64,000 bases of DNA from an uncultured Gemmatimonadales bacterium (GTDB lineage: Bacteria > Gemmatimonadota > Gemmatimonadetes > Palauibacterales > Palauibacteraceae), in the NCBI GenBank assembly GCA_963783385.1, contig CAWANJ010000009.1, forward strand, positions 64,001 through 128,000. The letters are read 5' to 3'. The position numbers and the translations under genes were made by a program. The notes beneath the pieces were generated by a model. That model was not told the origin of the DNA and ran no database searches. It saw only the letters and a program-made list of their open reading frames with translations. Positions 36,307 through 47,402 of the stretch are shown here, piece by piece (the first letter of the stretch is position 1; every line of letters starts with the position of its first letter).

Positions 36307-37563
36307 GTGAGCCTGTTCGAGATCATCGGAGCGCTCCTCGCGCTCACGGCCGCGCTCGCCTACGTGAACGAGCGCCACTTCCACCTCCCGATCTCGATCG
36401 GGGTCACGCTGGGCGGCCTGGTGACCTCGCTGGTGCTCCTCCTGGTGGCCGGCCTGGCGCCGGAGCGCCAGTGGCTCACCGGTCTCCTGGCGCACATCGA
36501 CTTCGAGAAGGTGTTCCTGGAGGGACTCCTCGGCATCCTCCTGTTCGCGGGCGCCCTCGAGGTGGACCTCGAGGAGCTGATGCGGGTGCGGACGCCGGTG
36601 CTCGTCCTGTCGATCGTGGGGACGCTGCTCTCCACCCTGGTCGTGGGCACGGCGGCCTGGGAGCTCCTGCGGATCCTCGGTCTCGGCATCCCCTTCCTGT
36701 GGGCGCTCCTGTTCGGGGCCCTCATCTCGCCCACCGATCCGATCGCGGTCATGGGACTCCTCTCCGACGCGGGGGCGCCGAGCGAGCTCTCGACGCTCAT
36801 CACCGGGGAGTCCCTGTTCAACGACGGGGTGGCGGTGGTGCTGTTCACGATCGTCCTGGGCCTGGTCACCGGCGAGCACGGCGCCTCGGTCCTGGCGGCG
36901 GGCCGGCTCTTCCTGGAGGAGGCGGTGGGCGGGGTGATCTACGGTCTGGGCCTCGGGTGGGCAGCTTACTACTTCCTGCGGCGGGTGGACGAACCCACCA
37001 CCGAGATCCTGGTCACCGTGGCCGTCACCACGGCTGGCTACGCGCTGGCCAACCGAATCGGGACCTCGGGACCGCTGGCCATGGTGGTGGCCGGGCTCCT
37101 GGTCGGGAACCACGGGCGCATGTTCGCCATGTCGGAAGGGACGCGCGAGCGGCTCGACAACTTCTGGATCGTCCTGGACCAGATCCTGAACGCCCTCCTG
37201 TTCGTCCTCATCGGCCTCGAGGTGCTGATCCTTCCTGTGCGGGCCTCGTGGCTCGTGGCGGGCGCGCTCGCGATCCCGCTCATCCTGGGGGCGAGACTCC
37301 TGTCCGTATACGTGCCCATGCGCTTTCTGCCCATCCGGCCGGAGCTCGGGCCCTACGCGATCCGCGTCCTGACCTGGGGAGGACTCCGCGGCGGCATCGC
37401 CATCGCCCTGGCGCTGTCCCTGCCGGTCGGTGGGGAGCGGGGGCTCCTCCTCCTCATCACCTACGTGGTCGTGGTCTTCTCCATCCTCGTCCAGGGGCTC
37501 ACCATCAAGCGGGTGGCGCGCGGGGCGAGTCTCCTGCCCTCTCGCGTTCTGGAGGATGGGTAA
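36307..37563 (+). CDS. nhaP: CPA1 Na+/H+ antiporter
   Basis: LFGALISPTDPIAV, GESLFNDG, WGGLRGG and VQGLT. Confidence 0.93.
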   Translation: MSLFEIIGALLALTAALAYVNERHFHLPISIGVTLGGLVTSLVLLLVAGLAPERQWLTGLLAHIDFEKVFLEGLLGILLFAGALEVDLEELMRVRTPVLVLSIVGTLLSTLVVGTAAWELLRILGLGIPFLWALLFGALISPTDPIAVMGLLSDAGAPSELSTLITGESLFNDGVAVVLFTIVLGLVTGEHGASVLAAGRLFLEEAVGGVIYGLGLGWAAYYFLRRVDEPTTEILVTVAVTTAGYALANRIGTSGPLAMVVAGLLVGNHGRMFAMSEGTRERLDNFWIVLDQILNALLFVLIGLEVLILPVRASWLVAGALAIPLILGARLLSVYVPMRFLPIRPELGPYAIRVLTWGGLRGGIAIALALSLPVGGERGLLLLITYVVVVFSILVQGLTIKRVARGASLLPSRVLEDG

Positions 37564-37795
37564 GGCGGGACGGTCCGCGGCCGGGTCGCCGGACCAAGCG
37601 GCGCCGACTCTCGCGAATCACACGATGCGTGGTGATCTTCGACATCTTGCGAGGCCAACGCGAAGGGGCGAGACTTCGCGATCCCCGTGACGCAGGGGGT
37701 TCCGGCCCTCCCCTCACAGGCACGGAAGCTGAATTCCCTTCGCGTTCGATGCCCGGTTGCCGCCGTTCCAGCGTCTTCGATTCCGGAGTTCGTTC

Positions 37796-40384
37796 ATGAG
37801 GCGACGGATCCCCCGCCGACAGGTGCTGCTCCTCGCGTTGCTCGCTCCCGCGGCCGCCGCGTGCAGCGGCGGCAAGTCTGTCACCGGCACCGGCGCGGCG
37901 AGCAACCCGCCCGCCGAGCCGCAGGTGGCCTCGGTCACCGTGAGCCCGGCCGTCGACACGCTCGTCTCGATCAATGACTCCGTGACCTTCTCGACCACGT
38001 TGAGGGACCCGGCGGGGAACGTGATCTCGGGAGGGAGCGTCGCCTGGTCGTCCACGGAGGCCGCCGTGGCCACCGTTTCCTCCAGGGGCACGGCCACCGC
38101 GAAGCAAAACGGCACCACCCGCATCGTCGCGTCGATCTCCGGGAAGGCGGACACCGCGGTGCTGGTGGTCGAGCAGCGGACCGCGCGGGTCGCGGTGAGC
38201 CCCGACAGCGCGCGCGTCTCGGCCCCGGGCGACACGGTACGCTTCACGGCCGAGCCGCAGGACGCGAACGGCCACGCGGTGGGCGAGGTGAAGGTCGACT
38301 GGTCGGCCTCGGACACGAGCGTGGCCACGGTCGACAGCACCGGACTGGCGACGGCGAAGGCCCTGGGCCGGGTCGAGGTGACGGCGGCCGCGGCCGGAAG
38401 CGGAGTCTCCGGGACGGGAGTGTTCCGCGTGGCGTCGCTCGGCACTCCGCAGGTCCAGTCCGTGAGCCCCTCTCCCATCCAGGAAGGCCAGACGGTCACG
38501 ATCACGGGCCAGAACTTCGACCCGGTGGCCGCGGGTGACAGCGTGAGCATCGACGGCGTGACGGCAGTGGTGACGTCCGCGTCCTCGACATCGCTCCAGG
38601 TCACGGTGCCCACCTACGACTGCCTGCCGGCCCGCTCGGTCGACGTGCGCGTGGCGACGGACGGAGGCGCCTCGCAGGCGACCAGCGGCCTCGAGCCGGC
38701 GCAGGCGTCGGTGTCGCTGGCAGTGGGCCAGCAGACCGTGCTCACCGACCCGGCGAGCTTCTGCCTGCAGTTCGGGGCCTCCGCGGCGTCGGAGCGCTAC
38801 ATCGTCGGCGTCCAGTCTCTCTCCTCGTCGGTCTCGAGCCTCACGAGCGTGCGGATCACCGGCGAGGCCGCCGACGGCATCGGGGCCGCCAGCGTGGCCC
38901 GCGCCTCGGTGGCCACGAGGGTGGTGCCGGGGCGGACGAGCGGTGGGTCGTGGCCCCGGCCTCCTTCCTGGCTCGCGGCGCAGCGCCGGGCCGAGATGCA
39001 GATCCGAGCGTGGGAGCGGACCCACCTGGATCCGCACCTGTCGATCCCCGCTCTGGGAGCGTCGTCGGGCGCACCGCCGGCCCGCTTCTCGGTGAGCGGG
39101 AGCGTCGCGGTGGGCGACACCGTGGCCCTGCGCGTGCCGGACTTCAGCGGAGACGGCTGCAGCGGCTACACGGCCGTCGGCGCGACCGTGCGGGTCATCG
39201 GACAGAAGGCGATCATCGTCGCCGACACCTCCAATCCGGCCAACGGCTTCACCCGGGCCGATTACCAGAACCTGTCCGACCAGCTCGACGCCCAGATCTT
39301 CTCCACCGACGAGCAGTATTTCGGGAACCCCGGGGACATCGACCACAACGGCCACATCGTCGTCCTGTTCACCAGGGCGGTGAACAACGAGGACATCGGC
39401 GTCGCCGGCTCCTACCTGCTCGGCTTCGTGTTCTCGGGCGACTGGTATCCGCGCGCCTCGGCCACCGGAGGCTCGTGCGCCTCCAGCGACGAGGGGGAGA
39501 TCTACTACGGCCGCGTGCCGGACCCGACCGGCACCGCCGGCGACAGCGTGGTCAAGTCGACGCGGGAGCAGGAGCTGTCGCGGGCCCCGCAGATCATGGG
39601 GCACGAGCTCACGCACCTGATCCAGTTCGGGCGCCGCTTCGCGGCGGGCCTGGGCTGGATGGGATCGATCGTCATGGAGGCGCAGGCCACCCTGGGCGAG
39701 GAGGTGGTGGGGCACGCCGAGACGGGCCACATGCCCTACCAGAACCTCGGAGCGGACGTGATCTTCGCCACGACGGGGGCGGACTCGGTGGCCTGGTACC
39801 TGAACAAGTTCGCCGACCTGGCCGACTACTTCGGATTCGCGGGCTCGGCCGGCCGCACGGGCGGCGCGCCGGAGCAGTGCGGCTGGTGGCAGAGCGACCC
39901 CTCGCCGTGTGCGGCCCGGTCGCTGTGGTACGGGGTCGGCTGGAGCTTCCTGCGCTGGGTGTCCGACCAGTACGGGCCCGGCTATCCGGGCGGGGAGCAG
40001 GGCCTCCAGCAGAGCCTGATCGCCGACCCGGGCACCGACCTCCAGACCGTGGCCGCCGTGGTGGGAGTCCCGGTACCGAGCCTGATGGCGCGGTGGTCGG
40101 CGGCCCTGTATGTGGACGACCGCATACCGTCGCCCGATCCGGCCCTCACCTTCTCGAGCTGGAACCTGTACGACTTCGAGCAGCACACGGTCGCGACCGC
40201 GAACCTGCAGCCAACGCCCGAGACGTTCGGGGACTGGACGACGACCGCCGACGTCCGGGCGAGCTCGGCCGCCTACGTGGCGGTGGACGGGAGCGGGCGG
40301 CCCGCCACGGCGGTCCGGGTGCGGGACCCATCGGGGAACCCGCTCCCGGCCTACATGCAGGTGTGGGTGGTGCGGATGCGGTGA
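37796..40384 (+). CDS. Lipoprotein with Big_2 Ig-like and IPT/TIG domains and a zinc metallopeptidase domain (M30-like)
   Basis: Lipobox AAA-C. Two WS(S/A)....VATV Big_2 repeats, VTITGQNF (IPT), DIDHNGHIVVLFT and HELTHLI. Confidence 0.82.
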   Translation: MRRRIPRRQVLLLALLAPAAAACSGGKSVTGTGAASNPPAEPQVASVTVSPAVDTLVSINDSVTFSTTLRDPAGNVISGGSVAWSSTEAAVATVSSRGTATAKQNGTTRIVASISGKADTAVLVVEQRTARVAVSPDSARVSAPGDTVRFTAEPQDANGHAVGEVKVDWSASDTSVATVDSTGLATAKALGRVEVTAAAAGSGVSGTGVFRVASLGTPQVQSVSPSPIQEGQTVTITGQNFDPVAAGDSVSIDGVTAVVTSASSTSLQVTVPTYDCLPARSVDVRVATDGGASQATSGLEPAQASVSLAVGQQTVLTDPASFCLQFGASAASERYIVGVQSLSSSVSSLTSVRITGEAADGIGAASVARASVATRVVPGRTSGGSWPRPPSWLAAQRRAEMQIRAWERTHLDPHLSIPALGASSGAPPARFSVSGSVAVGDTVALRVPDFSGDGCSGYTAVGATVRVIGQKAIIVADTSNPANGFTRADYQNLSDQLDAQIFSTDEQYFGNPGDIDHNGHIVVLFTRAVNNEDIGVAGSYLLGFVFSGDWYPRASATGGSCASSDEGEIYYGRVPDPTGTAGDSVVKSTREQELSRAPQIMGHELTHLIQFGRRFAAGLGWMGSIVMEAQATLGEEVVGHAETGHMPYQNLGADVIFATTGADSVAWYLNKFADLADYFGFAGSAGRTGGAPEQCGWWQSDPSPCAARSLWYGVGWSFLRWVSDQYGPGYPGGEQGLQQSLIADPGTDLQTVAAVVGVPVPSLMARWSAALYVDDRIPSPDPALTFSSWNLYDFEQHTVATANLQPTPETFGDWTTTADVRASSAAYVAVDGSGRPATAVRVRDPSGNPLPAYMQVWVVRMR

Positions 40385-40455
40385 CGCGGGCGGAAACCCG
40401 GGCGCGCTGTCGGCCGTAAGGAGGGCACAGCTCACCCGGACGGAGGTCGCCCGAC

Positions 40456-41301
40456 ATGCGTGTACTCCCGTTCCTGGCCCTCGCCTCGGTCCTCGCCTGC
40501 CTGCCCATCCCGGGGCGGGGCCCGTCGCCGTCCCGACCGAGCGCCGGCACGACCATCGACACGATGGTCGACGTCGGGGGGCGCCGGCTCCACCTCAGGA
40601 TCCGACGTGGGAGCGATCCCGTCACGGTCCTGTTCGAGGCCGGGGGCGCGGCCGACCTGAGCGCCTGGGCCGACGTACCGGAGCGCCTGGCGGTGCGCAC
40701 CGGCGCGACCATCGTCGCCTACGATCGCGCGGGCCTCGGCTCCAGCGAACTCGGGCCGGACAGCCTCACGCCCCGTGCGGAGGTCGCGGACATCCGCCGG
40801 GCGCTGGACGAGGTGGGCGCGCCCTCCCGTACCGTCGTCGTGGGTCACTCCTACGGAGCCATGCTCGCCCTGGCACACGCCGCCCTGTTCGCCGGCCGCG
40901 TCTCGGGCCTGGTCCTGGTGGACCCGATGAACCCCCGGTTCGTGGCGCGGGAACGGGCCTTCCTGCGCGGCACGGTTCCCGACACGACCGATCCGCAGAC
41001 GGACCGGAGACGCGTGATCCGCCGCATGAGCCGTACACTCTCGGCCTTCTCCGCGTGGCTGGGTGACCGGGAGCCGGCGCTGGCGGTGTCGATGGTCATC
41101 GTGAGCGCGGGGAAGGACTGGTGGGGGACCCCGGCGGTCGACGCGGCGTGGCGTCGAAGCCACCGGGCCATGGCGGCGGCCTCGTCCGATCGGCAGCGCG
41201 TCGTGTCCGAGGGCTCCGACCACGACATTCCCCACGAGGACCCCGGCATCGTCGTCTCGGCCATCCTCGGTGTGCTGACCGGGACGGCCGCGGCGCCCTG
41301 A
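40456..41301 (+). CDS. Exported alpha/beta-fold hydrolase
   Basis: YDRAGLGSS, GHSYG nucleophile elbow, LVLVD and SDHDI. Confidence 0.9.
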   Translation: MRVLPFLALASVLACLPIPGRGPSPSRPSAGTTIDTMVDVGGRRLHLRIRRGSDPVTVLFEAGGAADLSAWADVPERLAVRTGATIVAYDRAGLGSSELGPDSLTPRAEVADIRRALDEVGAPSRTVVVGHSYGAMLALAHAALFAGRVSGLVLVDPMNPRFVARERAFLRGTVPDTTDPQTDRRRVIRRMSRTLSAFSAWLGDREPALAVSMVIVSAGKDWWGTPAVDAAWRRSHRAMAAASSDRQRVVSEGSDHDIPHEDPGIVVSAILGVLTGTAAAP

Positions 41302-41386
41302 CCCCGGCCGCGCCGCCCGCTCTTGCCTCGCGGCAGCGCCCGCCCCCACGATGCCGGCCCATTTCCCCGGACCGGAGGCGCGAGGC

Positions 41387-43030
41387 GTGCGAGTGGCCGA
41401 GGCGGTCGGCAGGGCGCTGGTCGGGCTCGGCGTCGAGCACGTGTTCGGGGTCGTAGGGAGCGGCAACTTCGAGGTCACCGAGGCGCTTCGGGCGGCCGGC
41501 GCCACCTTCGTGGCCGCCCGCCACGAGTGCTCCGCCGTGTGCATGGCGGACGGCTACGCCCGGGTCTCCGGACGGCCGGGGGTGGCCAGCGTGCACCAGG
41601 GCCCCGGCCTCACCAACGCCGCCACGGGCCTCGCGGAGGCCGCCAAGTCCCGGACGCCCCTTCTCCTCCTGGCCGGCGACACGTCGGCGGCCGCCGTGCG
41701 CTCCAACTTCCGCATCGACCAGGACGCGCTGGCGCGCTCGGTGGACGCCGTGCCGGAGCGGCTCCACTCGGCGGGCAGCGCCCTGGAAGACGTGGCGCGC
41801 GCCTGGCGGCGGGCCGTCGAAGGGCGGCGGGCGGTGCTCCTCAGCCTCCCCCTGGACGTGCAGCGGGCCGAGGTCCCGCCGGGAGCGACGCTCCCGGCGT
41901 GGCGGTCTTCGGCGCCGACCGCGGCTTCGGCGCCGGCCGTGCAGGCGGCGGCGGACCTGGTCGAGGCGGCGGAGCGGCCGGTCCTCCTCGGCGGCCGGGG
42001 CGCCGTGCTGGCGTCCGCCCGCGGGCCCCTCGAGGCGCTGGGTGACCGAATCGGCGCCCTCCTGGCCACCTCGGCCAACGGCAACGGCCTGTTCGCCGGG
42101 AACCCGTGGTCGGCCGGCATCTCGGGCGGATTCGCCTCCCCGCCGGCCGCCCGCCTCCTGTCGGAGGCCGATCTCGTCCTGGCCTTCGGCGCCTCGCTCA
42201 ACATGTGGACGACACGACACGGCACCCTGATCGACGAGGGCGCCCGCGTCGTGCAGGTGGACCTGGACGCCGGCGCCATTGGTGCCCAACGCTCCGTGGA
42301 CCTGGGTCTGGTGGGCGACGCGGCCGAGGCCGCCCGGGCGCTGGAGGCCGAGCTCGAGGCGCGCGGCTACCGGGGCGAGGGCTTCCGGACCGGTAACCTG
42401 GCCGACCGCCTGGCCGCGGGCGGTTGGGCCGCCGAGCCTTACGAGGACCGCTCCACCTCCGAGACGATCGACCCCCGTACCCTGACGATCGCGCTCGAGG
42501 CGATGCTGCCCGCGGAGCGCACCGTGGCCGTGGACTCGGGGCACTTCATGGGCTGGCCCGCCATGTACCTGTCCGTCCCGGACCCGGCCGGGTTCGTGTT
42601 CAACCAGGCTTACCAGTCGATCGGCCTGGGCCTGGGGGCCGCGATCGGCGCCGCGGTGGCCCGGCCGGACCGGCTCACGGTGGCGGCCCTGGGGGACGGC
42701 GGCGCGTTCATGGCGCTGGCCGAGCTCGAGACGGCCGTCCGCCTCGGGCTCCTGCTCCTGGTTCTCGTCTACGACGACGCGGCCTACGGGGCCGAGGTGC
42801 ATCACTTCGGGCCGCAGGGCCACCCGGTCGACATCGTCCGTTTCCCCGACGCCGACCTGGCCGCTTTCGGCCGGGCCGCGGGCGGGGAAGGGGTCACCGT
42901 GCGCCGGAGGGAGGACCTGGCCGGCGTGGAGGCGTGGCTCGAGCGCCCCAAGGGGCTCCTGGTGGTGGACGCCAAGGTCACGCCCACGGTGGTGGCCGAG
43001 TGGCTCGAGGACGCGTTCCGGGCACACTGA
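41387..43030 (+). CDS. Thiamine-diphosphate-dependent enzyme (acetolactate synthase large subunit-like)
   Basis: ARHE, QGPGLTN and GDGG...DDAAYG. GTG start with GGAGG upstream. Confidence 0.9.
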   Translation: MRVAEAVGRALVGLGVEHVFGVVGSGNFEVTEALRAAGATFVAARHECSAVCMADGYARVSGRPGVASVHQGPGLTNAATGLAEAAKSRTPLLLLAGDTSAAAVRSNFRIDQDALARSVDAVPERLHSAGSALEDVARAWRRAVEGRRAVLLSLPLDVQRAEVPPGATLPAWRSSAPTAASAPAVQAAADLVEAAERPVLLGGRGAVLASARGPLEALGDRIGALLATSANGNGLFAGNPWSAGISGGFASPPAARLLSEADLVLAFGASLNMWTTRHGTLIDEGARVVQVDLDAGAIGAQRSVDLGLVGDAAEAARALEAELEARGYRGEGFRTGNLADRLAAGGWAAEPYEDRSTSETIDPRTLTIALEAMLPAERTVAVDSGHFMGWPAMYLSVPDPAGFVFNQAYQSIGLGLGAAIGAAVARPDRLTVAALGDGGAFMALAELETAVRLGLLLLVLVYDDAAYGAEVHHFGPQGHPVDIVRFPDADLAAFGRAAGGEGVTVRRREDLAGVEAWLERPKGLLVVDAKVTPTVVAEWLEDAFRAH

Positions 43031-43044
43031 ACCCAGGAGATAGC

Positions 43045-43818
43045 ATGTCGGTACTGTCGGATCTCGTCGCCGGACTCGGAGGCGGCTCGGTGGAGGTGGT
43101 GGACCTCACGGCCACCCTCTCCGGGCGCACGCCCGTCATCCAGTTGCCGGAGCCCTTCGCCAATACGCCGGCGTTCTCGCTCGAGCTGCTGAGCCGCTAC
43201 GACGACGCGGGCCCGGCCTGGTACTGGAACGTCATGCGCCTCGGGGAGCATACCGGGACCCACTTCGACGCGCCCGTGCACTGGGTGACGGGGCGGGACG
43301 GCCTCGACGTGTCGCAGGTGCCGCCCGCGCACCTGGTGGGTCCGGTCGCGGTCATCGACAAGAGCGCCGAGGCGGCGGCCGACCCCGACTTCCTGCTCGA
43401 GGTCGAGCACGTTCGGGCGTGGGAGGACGAGCACGGCCCGCTCCCCGATGGCGGCTGGCTCCTGTTCCGGACCGGGTGGGACGCCCGATCCGACGACCAG
43501 GCGGCGTTCCTCAACGCCGACGAACGCGGGCCCCACACGCCCGGCCTGTCCGCGGCGTGCGCCTGCTGGCTGGCCCAGGAGACGTCCATCGTGGGCTTCG
43601 GCGTGGAGACGGTGGGGACCGACGCGGGGGCCGCGGCGTCCTTCGACCCGCCGTTCCCGGCCCACTCCTACCTGCTGGGCGCTGGCAAGTACGGCCTCAC
43701 CCAGCTCCAGAACGTGGGCCGCCTGCCCGCCACCGGGAGCGTGCTGATCGTGGCGCCGCTTCCCATCGAGGACGGGTCGGGAAGCCCGTGCCGGGTGCTG
43801 GCGCTGGTGGGGAGGTAG
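43045..43818 (+). CDS. Cyclase family metal-dependent hydrolase (kynurenine formamidase/isatin hydrolase-like)
   Basis: GEHTGTHFDAPVH, LFRTGW and GSGSPCR. AGGAG RBS. Confidence 0.9.
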   Translation: MSVLSDLVAGLGGGSVEVVDLTATLSGRTPVIQLPEPFANTPAFSLELLSRYDDAGPAWYWNVMRLGEHTGTHFDAPVHWVTGRDGLDVSQVPPAHLVGPVAVIDKSAEAAADPDFLLEVEHVRAWEDEHGPLPDGGWLLFRTGWDARSDDQAAFLNADERGPHTPGLSAACACWLAQETSIVGFGVETVGTDAGAAASFDPPFPAHSYLLGAGKYGLTQLQNVGRLPATGSVLIVAPLPIEDGSGSPCRVLALVGR

Positions 43819-43912
43819 GGAGCCGGTTCGGGGTCGCCGGCGGCTCGGCGGCCGGCAAGAGGAGAGGGGCGGCGCGGCCTCGCGACCGGCCGCCCCCGTG
43901 GCGCTTCCCCGT

Positions 43913-46456
43913 TCAGCTGTTCGGGTTGAGGATGTCCTCGATGCGATCCTGGGCTCCGATGAGGTGGTAGCGCGTCGCCGTGTCGGCGGCCCGCGGGATG
44001 GCCCGCTTGATGTCCGCCTGGAGCGCCGTGAGCTCGCCCCGGATCTGGGCCTTCGCCTCCTCGCTGAGAGGCGGCGGCGGTCGGAAGCCCGGGAACCGTC
44101 GTGCCGGGCTCTCGCTCGGCTTCGGGTTGAGCTTGCCGTCCAGCAGCGACAGGTACCCCATCTGCAGGCCGCGCCGGTAGGCGTCGATCGACACCCTCGA
44201 TGCCGACAGCTCCGACCAGATCCCGTGCCGGACGTCACCCAGCATGGCGTCGAGCGAGTAGATGTCGGACGGGTGGTCGGCCAGGGCGCGCGTGTCGATG
44301 AGCCGATCCATGCGCTGGTCGTTGAGCAGGGACCCGAGCACGCGCTCCTGCGCCTGGTTGATGCGCCGGATCATGGCGTCGGGCTCGATGCGGCGTTCGA
44401 TCTCGGGCCGGATGAGGTAGGTCGGCGTCCGGAACACGTGCTGGTTCAGGAACTTGACGGCCGCCACCTGGCGCGCGCGCGGCAGGGGCCGATACACCGG
44501 GCCGGGCTGGCTGCCCGACTTGTACCGGACCGTGGCCCCGCCCACGAGCGTGGTGACGTGCGCCGCCTCGCGGGTCCACTGGCCGATCACCGCGTCGTAG
44601 AGATCCTCGAGGTCCGAGTTGTCCTTCATCGGCTGGATCGCCGCCCCGGACACGTAGCCGACCACCCGCTCGAGGTTCTTGAAGCCGAGACCGGTGGACT
44701 TCACCGGGTCGGCGTCGCCGACCGCCTCCGTCATGGTCCCGTAGTCACCGAACGCGTTCCGTTCGGAGAAGCGGTACCAGGGGATCGTGTCCTGCATGGC
44801 CAGCCACTTCTCGAGCGTGGGTCGCTCCGCGTCGGGCGTGGTCGCGCCCGGGATCGGCCGGTAGCCCCACATGATCGCGTACTTGTCGTAGGGGCCGATG
44901 CGCGGGATGATGTCGCCGAGCGCGATACCGTCGCCCGGCTGCGCCACGTAGTTGAAGCGTGAGTAGTCCATGATGCTGGGCGAAGAGCCCATCGTGTGGA
45001 CCCAGGTCGGGCTGCGCACGCTGTCGGCCGGATAGGTCGAGCTCCCGATCTGGTCGTGCCGGAGGCCGATCGTGTGCCCGATCTCGTGGGCGACCACGAA
45101 CTCCAGCAGCCGACCCATGAGCGAGTCCGGCATCGGGAGCCGCCGGGCGCGCGGGTCCAGCTGCGAGGCCTGCGCGAAATACCAGTCGCGCGCCAGCTGC
45201 ACCACGTTCTGGAAGATGCGCACCGACCCGTTCAGCACCTCACCGGTGCGCGGGTCGCTCACGTGCGGACCGACCGCGTTCTCGATCGTGGACGGCAGCC
45301 ACCGGATCATGGTGTGCCGGATGTCCTCGGCCGACCAGGTGGTGTCGTCGGCAGGCGGGTCCTTGGCCAGGATCGCATCCTTGAAGCCCGCCGCTTCGAA
45401 CGCCGGCTGCCAGTCGGTGATCGCCTTGCGGATCCAGGGCTTCCACACGTCCGGCGTGGCCGGGTCCACGTAGTAGACCAGGGGCTTCTCGGGGTAGCAC
45501 AGGTCGCCGTCGTGACGGTCCGAGCACTCCAGCCGCCAGCGCGTGATGTACTGACGCGGAGCGGAGCCCTGCTCGGCGCCGAAGTCGACCTGGCGGATCG
45601 AGAAGAAGCCGACGCGCTCGTCCCAGCGGCGCCGCTGCATGGGATGCGCGGGGAGCCGCACCAGGCTCCAGTGAGCCAGGACGCTCTTCGCTGGCGTCTG
45701 CTGGCCACGCCCCGGCGGTCCGCCGCGCCCGTTGCCGGTCGCGGTGGGCGTGCCGGTCTGTGTGGCCTCGACCTCCACGTTGTCGGGGAAGGCCAGGGTC
45801 CGCCCCACGTAGGAGCGCTTCGCGTCAATGGTGCCGTGTATGGCCTCGAACTGGGGCACGGAGGACGTATACAGCTTGGTCACGTCGACCACGGCCGCGC
45901 TGTCGGGACCCCACGCCTCGACCGGAAGGATGGCCACCACGGGAGCGTAGTTCGAGTTCTGTACGGCCCTGTAGACCGAGAGCGAGCTGTCGGCCGTGAT
46001 CGAGAACGAGGGGGAGGTGAGGATGATGCGGTTGCCCTCCCGCTCCCAGCGCAAGGTGCTCTCTGTGAACTCGTCCCCGCCGTACTGGCCGAAGCCCCCG
46101 GTGGGGTTGTTGGGGTCCTGCGCGGCGGCTCGCGCGTAGCGGCCCACGAGAAGCATGTCTCGGCCCAGCTCGGCGCGGGGGATCTCGAAGTACAGCTTCT
46201 CGCCCACCTGGTGGGTGATGAGCATGCCGCGATGGGTCACCGCGTCGGCGGGGATGACCTTACGGTAGGGCTTGGGTCCCTGCTGGCCCTCGCCGCGCGG
46301 TCCGTGGGCGGCCGTGTCGGCCTCCTGCCCGGCGGACGGAGTCTCGTGGTTATCGTGGTTCGCGGCCATGGGGCCGGTGGCCGGAGGCGTCGCGCCCGCA
46401 TGGGCGCAGGCCGTCAGGAAGAGAGCGGACAGCGTGACGACGAGAGGCTTTCTCAT
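43913..46456 (-). CDS. Lipoprotein zinc metalloprotease (DUF5118/DUF5117/DUF4953, EcxA-like)
   Basis: Lipobox [34 protein letters not shown] and the SIMDY Met-turn. Confidence 0.92.
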   Translation of the reverse strand: MRKPLVVTLSALFLTACAHAGATPPATGPMAANHDNHETPSAGQEADTAAHGPRGEGQQGPKPYRKVIPADAVTHRGMLITHQVGEKLYFEIPRAELGRDMLLVGRYARAAAQDPNNPTGGFGQYGGDEFTESTLRWEREGNRIILTSPSFSITADSSLSVYRAVQNSNYAPVVAILPVEAWGPDSAAVVDVTKLYTSSVPQFEAIHGTIDAKRSYVGRTLAFPDNVEVEATQTGTPTATGNGRGGPPGRGQQTPAKSVLAHWSLVRLPAHPMQRRRWDERVGFFSIRQVDFGAEQGSAPRQYITRWRLECSDRHDGDLCYPEKPLVYYVDPATPDVWKPWIRKAITDWQPAFEAAGFKDAILAKDPPADDTTWSAEDIRHTMIRWLPSTIENAVGPHVSDPRTGEVLNGSVRIFQNVVQLARDWYFAQASQLDPRARRLPMPDSLMGRLLEFVVAHEIGHTIGLRHDQIGSSTYPADSVRSPTWVHTMGSSPSIMDYSRFNYVAQPGDGIALGDIIPRIGPYDKYAIMWGYRPIPGATTPDAERPTLEKWLAMQDTIPWYRFSERNAFGDYGTMTEAVGDADPVKSTGLGFKNLERVVGYVSGAAIQPMKDNSDLEDLYDAVIGQWTREAAHVTTLVGGATVRYKSGSQPGPVYRPLPRARQVAAVKFLNQHVFRTPTYLIRPEIERRIEPDAMIRRINQAQERVLGSLLNDQRMDRLIDTRALADHPSDIYSLDAMLGDVRHGIWSELSASRVSIDAYRRGLQMGYLSLLDGKLNPKPSESPARRFPGFRPPPPLSEEAKAQIRGELTALQADIKRAIPRAADTATRYHLIGAQDRIEDILNPNS

Positions 46457-46627
46457 GCCAGTAATCCTGGACGGAGTGCGGGAGGGATCGCACCGGGCCG
46501 GTGGGACGCGGCCCGAGTCGGAAAAAGCGCGCGGAATATGGCCGGAGTCTCGGTGGTGGGCAAGCAATGCGGGCCCTGTTCGGGGGCCGGAGCGCGCCCG
46601 GGGCGTACCCGAGATTCCGAAACGGAC

Positions 46628-46661
46628 CGACCGCGGCGGGCGCGGGACGCCGCCGCGGTCG
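46628..46661. terminator. GC-rich 12-bp hairpin, possible terminator
   Basis: CGACCGCGGCGG/CCGCCGCGGTCG downstream of the minus-strand DUF2203 gene and EEP remnant. No U-tract. Confidence 0.35.
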
Positions 46662-46696
46662 ATGGTGGGTCGTGGGAAGGCGCACGGGCGCGGTGG

Positions 46697-46895
46697 TCAG
46701 CGTCCGGCGACCGGGGTCGAGAGGAAGCTGGCCACGCGGCCCGCGTGATCCGAGGGCCAGATCCGGTACTCGGGATCCTGCACCCGGTCGGACGGCACGT
46801 CTCCCAGCCGGGCGATCGTCCCCTGGAGTCCGGGTCCCGAACGACCGAGGCCCCGGGTGAAGACGTAGTCGATCCGGTGGTCGAGCTGGCCGACC
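46697..46895 (-). pseudogene. C-terminal remnant of an endonuclease/exonuclease/phosphatase (EEP) family gene
   Basis: HRIDYVFTRG and WPSDHAG motifs with no N-terminal part. Abuts the DUF2203 stop. Confidence 0.7.
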
Positions 46896-46913
46896 CGGTC
46901 CGGCAGGCCCGCC

Positions 46914-47402
46914 TCAGAAGTCCAGCGCGGAGTCGTCCAGTGATTCGGGGTCGTCCTCGCGGCCCATGCGCTCGGCCTGCTCGTCCGTGATGGGTCGGCG
47001 GCCGCGGTAGCCCGCGTCGACCTCGTGCCAGTAGCGCACGCGGTCCTCGCCCGCGTGCCAGCACAGGTAGACCCAGCGGCCCTCCCAGCTCGTGGGGAAG
47101 TCCAGCAGACCGTGCTCCAGCCCGCCGGCGGGGAAGCGGACGCCGCACGCGCGGATCTCGGTCTCCACCGACGCCTGCACGGACCGGGCGGCATCGGCGA
47201 GCCGGCCCCGCAGGTCCGCGTATTCTTCGTGGTCGGGGTTTCCGGTCCGTGTCACCTCTTCGCCCCAGAGGGCGTCGAGGATCTGCAGCCGCTCGTAGAG
47301 CTCCGACGCTTCCTCCTGCGTCTCGCGTATGGTACGCAGGACCCGGCGCAGGCGAGGCAGGAGCTCGTTGGCCTCCTCGACGGTGAATGCGTGGTGTGTC
47401 AC
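46914..47402 (-). CDS. DUF2203 family protein
   Basis: FTVEEANELLP, GLLDFP, VYLCWHAGE and YWHEVDAGYRGRRP. Confidence 0.88.
   Translation of the reverse strand: MTHHAFTVEEANELLPRLRRVLRTIRETQEEASELYERLQILDALWGEEVTRTGNPDHEEYADLRGRLADAARSVQASVETEIRACGVRFPAGGLEHGLLDFPTSWEGRWVYLCWHAGEDRVRYWHEVDAGYRGRRPITDEQAERMGREDDPESLDDSALDF

Noticed and set aside
37635-37654. ATCTTCG-N4-CTTGCGAGG resembling the core of repeat R2 (22322, 33424)
   Set aside because: Only about 16 matching bases and the flanks do not align. It could be chance or a shared -10 context.
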